Shown here in pieces: positions 34,189 to 35,767 of a DNA stretch of 35,767 nt (position 1 is the first letter of the stretch; every line of letters starts with the position of its first letter). A model generated the notes under the pieces. It worked only from the letters and a program-made list of their open reading frames with translations, ran no database searches and was not told the origin of the DNA. The stretch is from Candidatus Omnitrophota bacterium (GTDB lineage: Bacteria; Omnitrophota; Gorgyraeia; Gygaellales; Profunditerraquicolaceae), in assembly GCA_028717055.1 (NCBI GenBank), contig JAQUOO010000001.1:1-35767 (forward strand), read 5' to 3'. A program made the translations under genes and the position numbers.

Positions 34189-35322
34189 TTGAAATCTAAC
34201 AGATTATCCATAATTTCATCTCTTCTCATTTTTACCTTATGCGTTGCGCAGCCAATTGCGCAGGCGCAAGATCTTTATCCTGCCAAAGTAAAAGATATCT
34301 CCGATAGGGCCTACGGCCCCGAGGTTGCCAAACTTCTTGATTCCGCGAAACATTCCATCACTATATCGATGTATACTCTAAGCGTAGCCGCCAAAGAGCC
34401 CAATCCGCTGTCGCTTTTATTAAAAGATCTTCTGCAGGCGCGTTTACGCGGCGTTGCGGTTACGCTCTATCTCAATACGCGTTTCAATTACGATGCCGAC
34501 GTCCGCAAAAACATCGAAGAGAACCCTTCACTTAAGAAACTGCGGGATGCCGGATGCGTTATCCAACTGATATCCCGTAATCGCCGGCTTCATGACAAGC
34601 TTATAATCGTGGATAGCCGCTATGTGGTTGAAGGCAGCACCAATTGGTCGCTGTCAGCGCTTATGAATAATTTCGAATCAGCCACGCTGATAGATTCTCC
34701 GGAATTAGCTGGAGTCAAGCTCCAGCGCCTTGCTACTTTGCCTACGGTGCTTGATGATGCTAAAGCTAAAATTCCTCCTAAGCCGATCTATCTTGAAGGG
34801 TTACCCGCACAGATACATCTATCCGAGGTTCTTATTACCGGCAAACAATATTTTGCAGCAATGCTCAAGCGTGGAGATGAGCGTCTGATGGATACTTATT
34901 TGCTCCTAAAGGCTCACGCGGAATCCTCGGGCGAGCAGGAATTCTTCGTGGACCTGGAATCATTTGGTTTAAGTTTAGGTTTACCCTTGGAGTGGGACTA
35001 TACCGCCCTGCGTCGTCAATCAATTAGGGCTTTGAAAGAGCTCCAGAAACGCTACGGTTTGGTAAAAGTATCTTTCTTTTATGGCAGAGACGCGCGTGTT
35101 ATAATGACGGATACTCCGGGCGCGGTATTTCCGATAGATAGCGATATAGCCAAACCGGATCTTAAGCTAAAACATTCAGTGCGAGCGAAGTTCTTGCGCC
35201 TTATAACAGCTTATCTTGCGTCTAAGGGCGAGGATGCGGCAAAGATTACGGATGTCGAGCTTGCCGGGCGTTTTGGCTGCAGCAAGTGGACAATTGCCGA
35301 TGCCCGGAAAGATATAAAGTAG
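34189..35322 (+). CDS. secreted phospholipase-D-superfamily protein with a single HKD motif (Nuc-like) and a C-terminal HTH-like region
   Basis: TTG start. Signal peptide LSIISSLLIFTLCVAQPIAQAQ. HKD motif RLHDKLIIVDSRYVVEGSTNWS. C-terminal LAGRFGCSKWTIADARKDI. Confidence 0.6.
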   Translation: MKSNRLSIISSLLIFTLCVAQPIAQAQDLYPAKVKDISDRAYGPEVAKLLDSAKHSITISMYTLSVAAKEPNPLSLLLKDLLQARLRGVAVTLYLNTRFNYDADVRKNIEENPSLKKLRDAGCVIQLISRNRRLHDKLIIVDSRYVVEGSTNWSLSALMNNFESATLIDSPELAGVKLQRLATLPTVLDDAKAKIPPKPIYLEGLPAQIHLSEVLITGKQYFAAMLKRGDERLMDTYLLLKAHAESSGEQEFFVDLESFGLSLGLPLEWDYTALRRQSIRALKELQKRYGLVKVSFFYGRDARVIMTDTPGAVFPIDSDIAKPDLKLKHSVRAKFLRLITAYLASKGEDAAKITDVELAGRFGCSKWTIADARKDIK

Positions 35323-35342
35323 CGGATTGCTTTAATTAAAAT

Positions 35343-35699
35343 ATGCCAAAATTAAAATCCGGTAATATTTACTCAAAAATTCCCACCACAAAAGATAGAG
35401 AAATATTCCAGACGCTTTTGTGGGATAAAAAGCTTAAGATTGAGCGGATTGTTTCCTGCGGCCAGTTTACGGAAAAAGGAAAGTGGCTTAAAGATGCGCA
35501 TGCTGAATGGGTGATGGTATTAAAGGGCGCGGCTAAATTAAGATTTCAAAAAGATGGCTGTTTAATTAAGCTAAAAGCAGGGGATTATATTCTAATCCCG
35601 GCGAATACCGCGCACCGGGTGGAATGGACTGCTTTGCGCAAGACGATTTGGCTGGCAATTCATATCAGCGTCGAACCGGAAGGAGAAAAACATGCTTAA
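35343..35699 (+). CDS. cupin domain protein
   Basis: HAEWVMVLKGAAKL...GDYILIPANTAHRVE, a two-motif cupin. Confidence 0.65.
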   Translation: MPKLKSGNIYSKIPTTKDREIFQTLLWDKKLKIERIVSCGQFTEKGKWLKDAHAEWVMVLKGAAKLRFQKDGCLIKLKAGDYILIPANTAHRVEWTALRKTIWLAIHISVEPEGEKHA

Positions 35700-35767
35700 A
35701 CAATTCAATGCCGGAAGTTGCTACTCCTATGTTTTAAGTTCAAAAGAAGAGGCCCTGGTGATTGATC
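35692..35767 (+). CDS. probable MBL-fold (glyoxalase-II-like) protein, 3' end cut by window edge
   Basis: MLKQFNAGSCYSYVLSSKEEALVID resembles the N-terminal beta-strands of hydroxyacylglutathione-hydrolase-like proteins. Only 25 codons are visible. Confidence 0.3.
   Translation, partial: MLKQFNAGSCYSYVLSSKEEALVID

Noticed and set aside
1-35767. A scan of the whole window for CRISPR arrays, rRNA genes, intact tRNAs, integrase or recombinase genes and long tandem repeats.
   Set aside because: I saw no regularly spaced direct repeats with unique spacers, no rRNA-like conserved blocks and no tyrosine or serine recombinase motifs. The only mobility gene recognised is the Y1 transposase.

Overview
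35.8 kb from an unidentified, probably anaerobic, bacterium. Every supportable gene lies on the + strand. Minus-strand and alternate-frame ORFs in the track all sit inside + strand genes and look like artefacts. From left to right: (1) nt 3-6068, a compact Fe-S / metallocofactor-handling cluster: NifX-like protein, methyltransferase, two MinD-type ATPases with ferredoxin inserts, a DUF2099-like protein, an IscU-like scaffold, a MetV/MTHFR_C-like Cys-rich protein, an MBL hydrolase, a ferredoxin and a cupin. (2) An AbrB/RelE-type toxin-antitoxin pair with a recognisable promoter and operator, followed by assorted metabolic genes. (3) nt 11415-17257, a glutamate decarboxylase / Glu:GABA antiporter acid-resistance pair preceded by an OprB-type porin and an unusual lipoprotein carrying a class I glutamine amidotransferase domain. 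(4) nt 18399-31860, a Type I restriction-modification locus in the order hsdR ... hsdS ... hsdM. Its GC-rich genes (hand-counted samples 52-57% GC) are pushed apart by AT-rich insertions (32-38% GC). Between hsdR and hsdS lies a tightly packed trio: a 953-aa KAP-family P-loop NTPase with four N-terminal TM helices, a 230-aa membrane-anchored protein, and a 372-aa HNH nuclease whose stop is 1 nt from the hsdS start. This trio is my best candidate for an undescribed defence system. Between hsdS and hsdM there are three HEPN-like gene cassettes (one frameshifted) and an IS200/RayT-like Y1 transposase. Two relic copies of the hsdM 5' end punctuate these cassettes and differ from the live gene only at synonymous third positions. 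(5) A HigB/RelE-like toxin with an HTH antitoxin, a methyltransferase, a DUF1353-like protein, a secreted single-HKD PLD-family protein, a cupin and the start of an MBL-fold gene. No rRNA, intact tRNA or CRISPR array was found. All family assignments come from motif recognition by eye and need profile searches to confirm.
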